DNA of 64,000 nt from Candidatus Dormiibacterota bacterium. Its GTDB lineage: Bacteria > Chloroflexota > Dormibacteria > Aeolococcales > Aeolococcaceae. The stretch is from contig CAWHLW010000015.1 in assembly GCA_963830305.1 (NCBI GenBank), forward strand, positions 61,969-125,968. Reading direction: 5' to 3'. The position numbers were made by a program, and so were the translations under genes. Below are positions 27,285-35,911 of the stretch, piece by piece. The notes below the pieces were generated by a model that was not told the DNA's origin, did not search any database, and saw nothing but the letters and a program-made list of their open reading frames with translations. Within the stretch, counting starts at the first letter, position 1; every line of letters starts with the position of its first letter.

Positions 27285-28322
27285 TCAGGCCGTCGCCGGA
27301 CCCCGCCACAGGTCGATGCCGCTCTCGACCGCATGCCGGTCAATCTCGGCGAGCTCCTCGACCGAAAACTCGAGGTGGTCGAGCGCTTTGACGTTCTGCT
27401 CGAGCTGATTCACGCTCGATGCGCCGGCCACCAGCGAGGTGACCCGCGGATCGCGAAGCGCCCACGCGAGCGCCATCTGGGCGAGGCTCTGACCGCGACG
27501 TTCGGCGATGGTGGTGAGCGCTCGCACGTGCGCGAGGATGTCCGCGCTGATCATGTCCTCGGTGAGCGAGGAGTTCTCGTGAGCTCTGGAATCCGCCGGG
27601 ATGCCGTGGAGGTATCGGTCCGTCAGCACGCCCTGCGCGAGTGGCGAGAAGGCGATGCAGCCCACTCCGGCGTCGCCGAGCACCTCGAGCAGGCCATGTT
27701 CGATCCAGCGATTGAGCATTGAATACGACGGCTGGTGGATGAGCAGCGGAGTCCCGAGCCGGCGCAGGATCGCGATTGCCTCCTCGGTCCGCTCGGCGGA
27801 GTAGGAGGAGATGCCGATGTAGAGCGCCTTGCCCTGCTCGACAGCCGAGTGCAGGGCTCCAAGGGTTTCCTCGAGCGGCGTGCTGGGGTCGAAACGGTGG
27901 TGATAGAAGATGTCGACGTACTCGACGCCGAGGCGCTGCAGGCTCTGGTCGAGGCTGGCGAGTAAGTACTTGCGGGAGCCGAGGTCGCCGTAGGGGCCGG
28001 GCCACATGTCCCACCCCGCCTTCGTCGAGATGATCAACTCGTCGCGGTAGCCGCGAAAGTCGCTGCGCAGGATGCGGCCGAAGTTCGCCTCGGCGCTGCC
28101 GTACGGGGGGCCGTAGTTGTTCGCCAGGTCGAAGTGGGTGATGCCGAGGTCGAAGGCGCGCCGGAGGATGGCTCGCTGGGTGTCGAGGGAGCGATCGTCG
28201 CCGAAGTTGTGCCACAGGCCCAGCGACATGGCGGGGAGAAGGATGCCGCTGAGCCCGCAGCGCCGATAGCTCATCGATTGGTAGCGATCGGTCGCGGGGT
28301 GGTAGTCGGTTGGCTCAGTCAC
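27285..28322 (-). CDS. Aldo/keto reductase (YghZ/Gpr-like, L-glyceraldehyde-3-phosphate reductase type)
   Basis: YRRCGLSGILLPAMSLGLWHNFG...AFDLGITHFDLANNYGPPYGSAE...ELIISTKAG...VDIFYHHRFD. 345 aa. Confidence 0.9.
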   Translation of the reverse strand: MTEPTDYHPATDRYQSMSYRRCGLSGILLPAMSLGLWHNFGDDRSLDTQRAILRRAFDLGITHFDLANNYGPPYGSAEANFGRILRSDFRGYRDELIISTKAGWDMWPGPYGDLGSRKYLLASLDQSLQRLGVEYVDIFYHHRFDPSTPLEETLGALHSAVEQGKALYIGISSYSAERTEEAIAILRRLGTPLLIHQPSYSMLNRWIEHGLLEVLGDAGVGCIAFSPLAQGVLTDRYLHGIPADSRAHENSSLTEDMISADILAHVRALTTIAERRGQSLAQMALAWALRDPRVTSLVAGASSVNQLEQNVKALDHLEFSVEELAEIDRHAVESGIDLWRGPATA

Positions 28323-28416
28323 CCCTCGATTCTGGCAAATCGGACCGCGCGGAACGGGGCAATTTTCGTAACCCCTTGCGCAGCGGGCGGGGGAGGGCTA
28401 TCATCCCGGCCCAACC

Positions 28417-28444
28417 TGTAAGCGCTTACTGGTAAGCGCTTACA
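28417..28444. promoter_or_regulatory. Two abutting 14-bp LacI-family operator palindromes
   Basis: TGTAAGCGCTTACT|GGTAAGCGCTTACA. Each half carries the perfect 12-bp palindrome GTAAGCGCTTAC, and the whole 28-mer is itself near-palindromic. It lies 40 nt upstream of the lacI-type gene, in the divergent intergenic region shared with the AKR gene. Confidence 0.65.
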
Positions 28445-28484
28445 GGAAGGCGCAACCTCTCAGGAACTGGAGGCGGCAGCCCGC

Positions 28485-29579
28485 ATGACGGAAGCCAAGC
28501 GGTCCAAGGGGACGCTGACGATCTATGACGTTGCCCGTCTGGCGGGTGTCTCGATCGCCTCGGTGTCGCGGGTCCTCAACGGCCAGGGCACGCCCCGTCC
28601 CGAGACCCGGGAACGGGTGATGCGAGCCGTGGGTGAGCTCAGCTTTGTTCCCGACGCGGCGGCCCGGGCGCTCTCGAACGGCCTCAAGGAGGTGGTCGGC
28701 ATCGTCTTCCGTCGCGGCGGCGAGGCGACCTTCGAAGATGAGGACGAGAGCCTGCTCTTCATCGACGGCATCAACCGCGGCGTCGAAGTTGCGGCGCAGC
28801 GGCGGAGCTACGACGTCCTGGTGAGCTCGGTGGGCGTCCATGACTCGCATGCGGCGGCGCGGGTTGCCGGGGTCGCAGGCAAGTCGGACGGGATCATCCT
28901 CCACGACCGGATGCTCTCGGCCGTGGGCATCGCCCGCCTGTCGGAGATGATCCCCGTGGTCACCCTGGCGGGGAGTCCGACGCGGTCGTCGATCAACGTC
29001 GGCTGCGACAACGATGCCGGGATGCGCGCCCTGGTCAACCACCTCACCGGCGACCACGGATATCGGCATCTCGCCTACCTCTCTGGGCACGCCGACAGCC
29101 CGGACAACCGGGCCAGAGCCCGAGTGTTCGAGGCGGCGGCAACCGCCGTTGGCGCGCAGATCCAGACCGGTCCTGCGTGGCAGGGGAACTACAGCGCATC
29201 AGGCGGCGCGCAGGTGATCACGTCGCTGCTCGCCCATGGTGGCGAGCTGCCCCGGGCGATCGTCTGCGCCAACGACCAGACCGCGCTCGGGGTGATCCAC
29301 GCCCTCGCCAGAAGTGGGGTGAGGGTGCCCGGCGACGTCGCGGTCACGGGGTTCGACGACGTCCCTGTTGCGCGTCATCTGCATCCATCACTGACCACCA
29401 TCAGGCAGCCCATCGAGCAGATGGGCGCCACGGCCTTCGAGGTCCTCTACTCGAGGATCGGGGGGCAGGGCGGTGAGTCCAACATCGTCCTGCCGGTCCG
29501 CCTCATGCTCCGCGAGAGTTGCGGCTGCGGTCCGGTCCTGGCGCCGAGCGCTGCTGCAGCGCCGGGCGGGGAGGTGTAG
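28485..29579 (+). CDS. LacI family transcriptional regulator
   Basis: N-terminal HTH TIYDVARLAGVSIASVSRVLNG followed by a periplasmic-binding-protein-like sugar domain. 364 aa. Confidence 0.9.
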   Translation: MTEAKRSKGTLTIYDVARLAGVSIASVSRVLNGQGTPRPETRERVMRAVGELSFVPDAAARALSNGLKEVVGIVFRRGGEATFEDEDESLLFIDGINRGVEVAAQRRSYDVLVSSVGVHDSHAAARVAGVAGKSDGIILHDRMLSAVGIARLSEMIPVVTLAGSPTRSSINVGCDNDAGMRALVNHLTGDHGYRHLAYLSGHADSPDNRARARVFEAAATAVGAQIQTGPAWQGNYSASGGAQVITSLLAHGGELPRAIVCANDQTALGVIHALARSGVRVPGDVAVTGFDDVPVARHLHPSLTTIRQPIEQMGATAFEVLYSRIGGQGGESNIVLPVRLMLRESCGCGPVLAPSAAAAPGGEV

Positions 29580-29581
29580 GC

Positions 29582-30574
29582 ATGCGTGCCCTCGCCCGCC
29601 GCCTCGGCGTCTACGTCCTCGCCGCGTGGGTGGCGATCACGGTCAGCTTCCTGCTGCCGCGAGTGGTGCCGGGCAACCCGGTCGCCGGCGCGATCGCGCG
29701 TGCGCAGTCGTCCGGCATCTGCAATTCCATCTGCGTCAGGGCCATCGAAGACCAGCTGGGCTTCAACGTGCACACCAGCCTCTGGGTGCAGTACGTGCAG
29801 TACCTGGGGAACCTCGTGCACGGGAACCTCGGCTTCTCATGGTCGGAGAACGCGCAGGTGAGCAGCCTGATCGTCTCGTACCTGCCGTGGACGCTGGGAC
29901 TCCTCGGGGTCGCCACCATCCTGAGCTTCATCGCCGGCACGCTGATCGGCGTCGTCCTGGCCTGGCGACGCGGTGCCTTCACGGATTGGTTGCTGCCGGC
30001 TGCGACGTTCTTTCAGTCGATCCCGTACTTCTTCCTCGCACTGGTTCTGGTGCTGATCTTCGGAGAGACGGGGAGCCTGCTGAAGTGGTTCCCGAGCCTC
30101 TACGGATACGACATCTACGGTGTCAATCCGGGAATGAACCTGCCGTATATCGGCAGCATCATCGGGCACGCGGTGCTGCCTGCATTGACCGTGATCCTCG
30201 CATCGATGGGCGGATTCATCCTCGCGATGCGCAACCAGATGGTCACCACCATGGATGAGGACTATGTCCTGGTGGCGCGAGCCAAAGGCCTTCGCACCGG
30301 CAAGGTTGTGTGGTATGCGGCGCGCAATGCGCTGCTGCCGTGCGTGTCGAACTTCTCGGTTGCGATCAGCCTGGTAGTCGCCGGGCAGATTTTGGTCGAA
30401 ATTGTCTTCAACTATCCGGGTATCGGCTACCACCTGTACAGCGCGCTCGGGGCCTTGGACTACACCCTGGTCCAGGGAATCTTCGTGGTGATCACGCTCG
30501 TCGTGCTCGCCGCGAACCTGATCGCCGATGTCATCTACGTGATGATCGACCCACGGGCTCGGCAGGAGGCCTGA
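29582..30574 (+). CDS. ABC transporter permease, Opp/Dpp (peptide/nickel/oligosaccharide) family, DppB-like
   Basis: Start ATG 29582, just after the lacI stop and a GGGAGG. MRALARRLGVYVLAAWVAITVSFLLPRVVPGNP... ends DPRARQEA. Confidence 0.85.
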   Translation: MRALARRLGVYVLAAWVAITVSFLLPRVVPGNPVAGAIARAQSSGICNSICVRAIEDQLGFNVHTSLWVQYVQYLGNLVHGNLGFSWSENAQVSSLIVSYLPWTLGLLGVATILSFIAGTLIGVVLAWRRGAFTDWLLPAATFFQSIPYFFLALVLVLIFGETGSLLKWFPSLYGYDIYGVNPGMNLPYIGSIIGHAVLPALTVILASMGGFILAMRNQMVTTMDEDYVLVARAKGLRTGKVVWYAARNALLPCVSNFSVAISLVVAGQILVEIVFNYPGIGYHLYSALGALDYTLVQGIFVVITLVVLAANLIADVIYVMIDPRARQEA

Positions 30575-30577
30575 GCG

Positions 30578-31687
30578 ATGACCATCAACACCACCATCCT
30601 CAGCGAGCAGAGCCCAGCAGCCGCCGCGGCGGTCTCGACGTCGAGGGCACTGCGCCTGCCGCGCTCGCCGAAGGTGATCGCCGGGCTCGTGATCCTGGCG
30701 GTGTTCGCGGTCATCGCCATCATCGGCGCCTGGATCGCGCCGTACTCCCCGAATCTCACCAACGAAAGCTGGGTGCAGCACGTCCTGGTCGCCGGCACCG
30801 GTCCGGGAACGCACATCAAGGCCGACTACTACCCGCTGCCGCTGCCGCCATCGGGCGCGCACTGGCTGGGCACCACCATCCTCGCCCAGGACGTCTGGTC
30901 GCAACTCCTGGTCTCGACTCAGGCAACGGTCGCAGTCGGATTGCTCGCGGCGGCGATCAGCACCGTGCTCTCGATCCTCGTCGGTGTCACCGCCGGGTAC
31001 CTCGGCGGCGGCGCCGACGAAGGGCTGTCGCTCCTCGGCAACGTCTTTCTGGCCATCCCGGGCCTGCCCCTGCTCATCGTGCTGGCCGACTACGTACCCG
31101 CCGCAGGCACGAGCATCTTCCTGGTCAGCCTCATCATCGCCATCACCGCATGGGCGTACAGCTCTCGGGTGCTGAGGGCGCAGACCCTCTCATTGCGCAA
31201 CCGGGATTTCGTTGAGGCGGCACGAGTTTCGGGCGAGGGAAGGTTTCGCATCATCCTCGTCGAGGTTCTGCCGAACCTCATCCCGATCGTGGCCGCGTCG
31301 TTTCTCTTTACGACGCTCTACGCGATCGGCGCCTATGTGGCCATCGCGTTCCTCGGCCTCGCGGGATCACCAACATCGTCCCCACCCGGTCTGTGGAACT
31401 GGGGGGAGATGCTCCGGGAAACGTTCGCGAACGATGCAGTGCGCGGCGGCTGGTGGTGGTGGTGGGCGCCTCCCGGCCTCTGCATCGCCCTGCTCGGTAC
31501 CGGTCTCGCGCTGCTCAACTTCGGGATCGACGAGTTCATCAATCCCCGACTTCGGGTCGCGGGGCTCTCGCGGAAGGCGGCTCGCACGCTGGGCATCAGC
31601 CGCCGGCCCAAGTTGGGGCTCACGCCGGTGGTGCGCCGCAAGGTCGTCAGTCCCACGGTCACCAGCCCCGAATCGAGCACGCCATGA
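30578..31687 (+). CDS. ABC transporter permease, Opp/Dpp family, DppC-like, with a ~45-aa C-terminal tail
   Basis: HWLGTTILAQDVWSQLL, EAARVSGEGRFRIILVEVLPN, ...FINPRLR. Contains a WWWWW run. Confidence 0.85.
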   Translation: MTINTTILSEQSPAAAAAVSTSRALRLPRSPKVIAGLVILAVFAVIAIIGAWIAPYSPNLTNESWVQHVLVAGTGPGTHIKADYYPLPLPPSGAHWLGTTILAQDVWSQLLVSTQATVAVGLLAAAISTVLSILVGVTAGYLGGGADEGLSLLGNVFLAIPGLPLLIVLADYVPAAGTSIFLVSLIIAITAWAYSSRVLRAQTLSLRNRDFVEAARVSGEGRFRIILVEVLPNLIPIVAASFLFTTLYAIGAYVAIAFLGLAGSPTSSPPGLWNWGEMLRETFANDAVRGGWWWWWAPPGLCIALLGTGLALLNFGIDEFINPRLRVAGLSRKAARTLGISRRPKLGLTPVVRRKVVSPTVTSPESSTP

Positions 31688-32850
31688 GCACCCCAGGCAT
31701 CAGTCCGATTCCAAACCCGGGATTCCCGGTCGCGCCACGCCACGTCGCCGAGAGTGCTGATCCGGTGCTCGAGATCCGAGGGTTGTGTGTCGACTACGGC
31801 TTCGGCGACGACGCCGTGCACGCGGTGTCCAATTGTGATCTCTCGCTCGGCCGCGGACGGGTCCTCGGCCTCGCCGGAGAGAGCGGAAGCGGCAAATCGA
31901 CCCTGGCGATGGCGGCGATCCGTCTGCTCCGGTCGCCAGGGGTGATCACGGGAGGTGAGGTCCTCTTCCATTCCAGGTCTTCGTCCGACGTCGAGCCGGC
32001 GCCGACCCTGGATCTGCTCGCGGCAGGCGAGGAGGAACTCCGAGCCGTCCGATGGTCCGAGATCGCGATCGTCTTGCAGAGCGCCTTGAATGCGCTCAAC
32101 CCGGTGAGCACGATTGGCGCGCAGTTCGACGAATTGCTCGCCACCCACCGTCCTGGGTTGAGCCGAGCCTCGAGACGAGACAGGGCAGGGGATCTACTCG
32201 AGCTGGTCGGAATGACCGCGGACCGGCTCCGCAGCTATCCCCACGAGATGTCGGGCGGCATGCGCCAGCGGGCGATGATCGCGATGGCCCTTGCGCTGGA
32301 TCCGCAGGTCATGATCCTCGACGAGCCCACGACGGCGCTCGACGTCGTGACCCAGCGCGAGATCCTCGAGGAGCTGATGGGATTGCGCGACCGGCTGGGT
32401 TTCGCCGCCCTCTTCATCACGCACGACCTCTCGCTGCTCGTCGAGTTCGCTGACGACATCGCGGTGATGTACGCGGGCCGGGTGATGGAGCGAGCGCAGG
32501 CGGCGTCGCTGTTTCGGGCGCCGCGCCTCCCGTATACGTACGGCCTGCTGCATTGCTTCCCGCCGATGCACGGGGAGCGTTACCGGATGGAGGGCATTCC
32601 AGGTTCGCCGCCCGACCTGCGGGACCTCCCACCAGGCTGTGCATTTCATCCGCGCTGCCAGTGGGCGATCCCACGATGCCGTCAGGATGTGCCAAAACTC
32701 GAACCGTTGGCGGGGTCGGATCGCGAGGTCGCGTGCTGGCTCCACCGAGACGACGCGACGGCTCCAGCTGAGCTGATGCTTCGGGACCCCGCCGTGGCCC
32801 AGCCACGTACCGCACCGGTCATCGATGCGAGCGCGGGGCGTGCCGTATGA
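31684..32850 (+). CDS. ABC transporter ATP-binding protein, Opp/Dpp family (DppD-like)
   Basis: ATGA overlap with the preceding permease gene. Walker A GESGSGKST, signature MSGGMRQRAMIAMAL, Walker B ILDEPTTALD. C-terminal Cys-containing oligopeptide_C domain. Confidence 0.9.
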   Translation: MSTPGISPIPNPGFPVAPRHVAESADPVLEIRGLCVDYGFGDDAVHAVSNCDLSLGRGRVLGLAGESGSGKSTLAMAAIRLLRSPGVITGGEVLFHSRSSSDVEPAPTLDLLAAGEEELRAVRWSEIAIVLQSALNALNPVSTIGAQFDELLATHRPGLSRASRRDRAGDLLELVGMTADRLRSYPHEMSGGMRQRAMIAMALALDPQVMILDEPTTALDVVTQREILEELMGLRDRLGFAALFITHDLSLLVEFADDIAVMYAGRVMERAQAASLFRAPRLPYTYGLLHCFPPMHGERYRMEGIPGSPPDLRDLPPGCAFHPRCQWAIPRCRQDVPKLEPLAGSDREVACWLHRDDATAPAELMLRDPAVAQPRTAPVIDASAGRAV

Positions 32851-33932
32851 CCACGCTCGCCGTCGTTTCGAACATCGGAACCGAGACGCCTGTGCTCGAA
32901 GGCCGTGGCTTGACCAAGTCCTTCTGGGTCAAGCGGAACAGCGGGCTGCTGGCGCGGCGCTCCCGGCTCCACGCTGTGGATGACGTTTCAGTGCAACTCG
33001 ACGCCGGGGCGGTGACTGCCGTCGTCGGCGAGAGCGGATCCGGGAAGACGACCGTCGCCCGCCTGCTCGCCAGGATCGTGAAACCGGACGCGGGTGAGGT
33101 CCTGCTCGACGGTCACCCCGTCGCCGCGGCACGGACTCGAAAGTTCGCGGCTCAGGTGCAGATGGTGTTTCAGGATCCATTCGCGTCGCTCAACCCGGTG
33201 CATCGGGTTCGGCATCATCTGACCCGTCCGCTGCAGATTCACCACACCGCCGATGGTGATGTCGACGCGGCGGTGCTGCAGTTGCTGCACCGAGTCGCGC
33301 TCGACCCACCCGCGAAGTTCGCCGACAAGTTTCCCCACGAGCTTTCCGGTGGCCAGCGCCAGCGTGTCGCGATCGCCCGAGCGCTTGCGGTGCGCCCCCG
33401 CGTCCTGCTGGCCGATGAACCGGTGTCGATGCTCGACGTGTCGATCCGTCTCGGAGTGCTCAACCTGCTCGCCGATCTTCGCGACCGTGAACGGCTTGCG
33501 ATCCTCTACGTCACCCACGATATCGCCTCCGCTCGATACCTGGCCGACACGATCGTTGTGATGTATGCGGGGCAGCTGGTCGAGGCGGCACCGAGCGTCA
33601 GCCTCACCAACTCCCCGGCGCATCCGTACACGCAGCTCTTGCTGTCCGCGGCTCCCGACCCGGAACGGCTCGAGCGACCGACGCTCGCCGCACGAGGAGC
33701 ACCGCCGAGCCTGCTAGCCCCGCCGCCCGGATGCCGCTTTCATCCCCGCTGTCCGCACGTCATGGAGGTCTGCAAACGCATGGCACCACCAACAGTGACC
33801 GTCTCGCCTGACCACGCAGCCGCCTGCTGGCTGCACGTCGACGCGGCCGACCGCGTCGTCGACGGTGCCGGGGTGATGCCGGGATCGTCGCCGAACCCGC
33901 AGGGTGAAGCCGAGGTGCAACGCCCTCCCTAA
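32847..33932 (+). CDS. ABC transporter ATP-binding protein, Opp/Dpp family (DppF-like)
   Basis: ATGA overlap. Walker A GESGSGKTT, signature [15 protein letters not shown], Walker B LLADEPVSMLD. Confidence 0.9.
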   Translation: MTTLAVVSNIGTETPVLEGRGLTKSFWVKRNSGLLARRSRLHAVDDVSVQLDAGAVTAVVGESGSGKTTVARLLARIVKPDAGEVLLDGHPVAAARTRKFAAQVQMVFQDPFASLNPVHRVRHHLTRPLQIHHTADGDVDAAVLQLLHRVALDPPAKFADKFPHELSGGQRQRVAIARALAVRPRVLLADEPVSMLDVSIRLGVLNLLADLRDRERLAILYVTHDIASARYLADTIVVMYAGQLVEAAPSVSLTNSPAHPYTQLLLSAAPDPERLERPTLAARGAPPSLLAPPPGCRFHPRCPHVMEVCKRMAPPTVTVSPDHAAACWLHVDAADRVVDGAGVMPGSSPNPQGEAEVQRPP

Positions 33933-34019
33933 TGCGCATGCAACTGAACGAAGGGACACGCGCACTGCCGATCAGCGCAGTGCCTCATGGAATCACGACA
34001 AAAATGGAGGAGCCACAAC

Positions 34020-35805
34020 ATGAGCCGGAGAGCATTCATCGGAGTTCTCGGCGTCACGACCATCGTCGTCGCGGCGTGCTCGAGCAGCGGGCCGACATCA
34101 CACACCACTCAGGGCAAGCCGCTCATCTATGAGCCGACGACCGGGGTGACGTTCTCGGATGACTTCAACCCATACGATCCCAACTCGGTCGCGTCCAGTG
34201 TCGGGATGAAAAGCATCATCTACGAGCCACTGGTCGAATTCGATCAACTCGATCCGACGGACGCGGGCACGCACTACTGGTTGGCGACCGCGTACGCGTT
34301 CCAGAATGGCGGCAAGGACCTGCAGATCACCCTGCGAACCGGCGTGAAGTTCAGCGACGGCTCATCGTTCGGTCCGAAGGACGTCGCCGCCACATTCACG
34401 GCGATGAACAACCCAAAGGCTGACGTTCCCGGGGTCGCGCCCCAGGTCTCTCCCCCCACGATCTCCGGGAACACCGTGACCCTGCACTTCGGCACGGCCC
34501 AGTACACCGGCCTCTGGGCAATCCTGGGAACGACCTACATCATGCAGGCATCGGTCGCGAACCAGATAGCCTCGAACCCCACGTTGCAGATCGCGCATCC
34601 GGTCGGCACGGGACCGTTCGAACTGGACAGCTATTCCAGCTCGCTGATCAAGTTCAAGCCCAACCCGCACTACTGGGGTGGCACACCACCGGAATCAGAG
34701 GTCGAAGTACCCTCTGTCGCCACAAACGCGGCGGCGAGCGATGCGCTGGTGAGCGACCAGCTCGACTGGGCTGGTAACGACATTCCGAATATCTACGCCA
34801 GCTTCGTGAACCTCGATCCTCAGACCAACCACGCGTGGTTCGCATCCGGAAGCACCGTGGCCCTTCGGTTCAACCTGAACCCGGGTAACGGGGGCGCCAC
34901 CGGGATCAACGAGGCTGCCGTGCGCAAGGCGGTCAGCTACGGCATCGACCGCAATGCACTCGCGCTGCTGGGAGAGTTCTGGCTATGAGGTGCCGGCGAC
35001 CTCTTCGGGTGGACTGATCCTGCCCGCTCAGAAGGCGTTCCTCCCCGCGGACGGCAGTCTTGCCAACGATCTCTCGACCACCGGCAATGTTCCCGATGCG
35101 ACAACCGCCACCGCAGATAAACTGCCGAGCGGCGACGATGTGTACGACATCCTCACGGGCGGTGGCTGGAAGGCCCCGGCGTCGTCCACGTACAGCAAGG
35201 GGACCTATAAGTCGGGCGGAAATTGCGACGGCACCAATGTTGCAAACTGCTGGACCAAGGGCAGCGAGATCATCAAGTTCTCGGTCTACGACCCAGTTCC
35301 GTTCTCCGACTACTGGGAGGATGCTGCGCTCATCTCGCAGGAGCTCCAGACCCTCGGCATGGACGTGACCACCAAGCCGGCGCAGGGATACTCGGACTGG
35401 AACGCCAACATCAGCGGCACCAATTCCGCGTGGCAGACGGCGATCCACTGGGGCCAGGGCGGCCAGATCCCATACACGCAGTACGAGGACTGGCTCGACT
35501 ACTCGAACTCCACCACAGCGGCGCACTACGAGGGATATAACAACTCGGCCGCTGAGCAGGACCTGCAGACCTACGCTGGTACCGATCCCTCCGACACCGC
35601 GACACTCTATCCCGCCGTTCAGGCGCTCGAGAAGATCATGTCGACGGACGTGCCGGAGGCCCCGCTACTCTATGGAGCGGACTGGAACGTGTATAGCAGC
35701 GCCAAATACGTCGGATGGCCTGATCAGTCACAGCCGTACATGGATCCATCGCCGAGCGATCCGCAAATGCCCTACATCCTGATGCAACTCAAGCCGGTGT
35801 CCTGA
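34020..35805 (+). pseudogene. ABC substrate-binding lipoprotein, family 5 (Opp/Dpp type; probably oligosaccharide-binding), +1 frameshift at TT 34977-34978
   Basis: ATG 34020 follows GGAGGA. MSRRAFIGVLGVTTIVVAACSSS is a Tat-like/lipobox N-terminus. ...YGIDRNALALLGE in frame 0 continues as SGYEVPATSSGGLILPAQ... in the frame of ORF 34954, running to 35805. Confidence 0.8.
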
Positions 35806-35823
35806 GCTCGCATACGGAACGAT

Positions 35824-35886
35824 GCATCCCCATCCCGCAGATGGGATCCGTCCGGCCGGCACCGTGCCGGCCGGACGCGGGGATGC
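35824..35886 (+). terminator. Nested GC-rich stem-loop (putative terminator/attenuator between the binding-protein and GH3 genes)
   Basis: Outer arms GCATCCCC (35824-31) / GGGGATGC (35879-86). Inner near-perfect palindrome CGTCCGGCCGGCAC-C-GTGCCGGCCGGACG (35849-35877). No T-tract follows. Confidence 0.45.
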
Positions 35887-35911
35887 GCTATCAAGAAAAG
35901 GAAACGCAACG

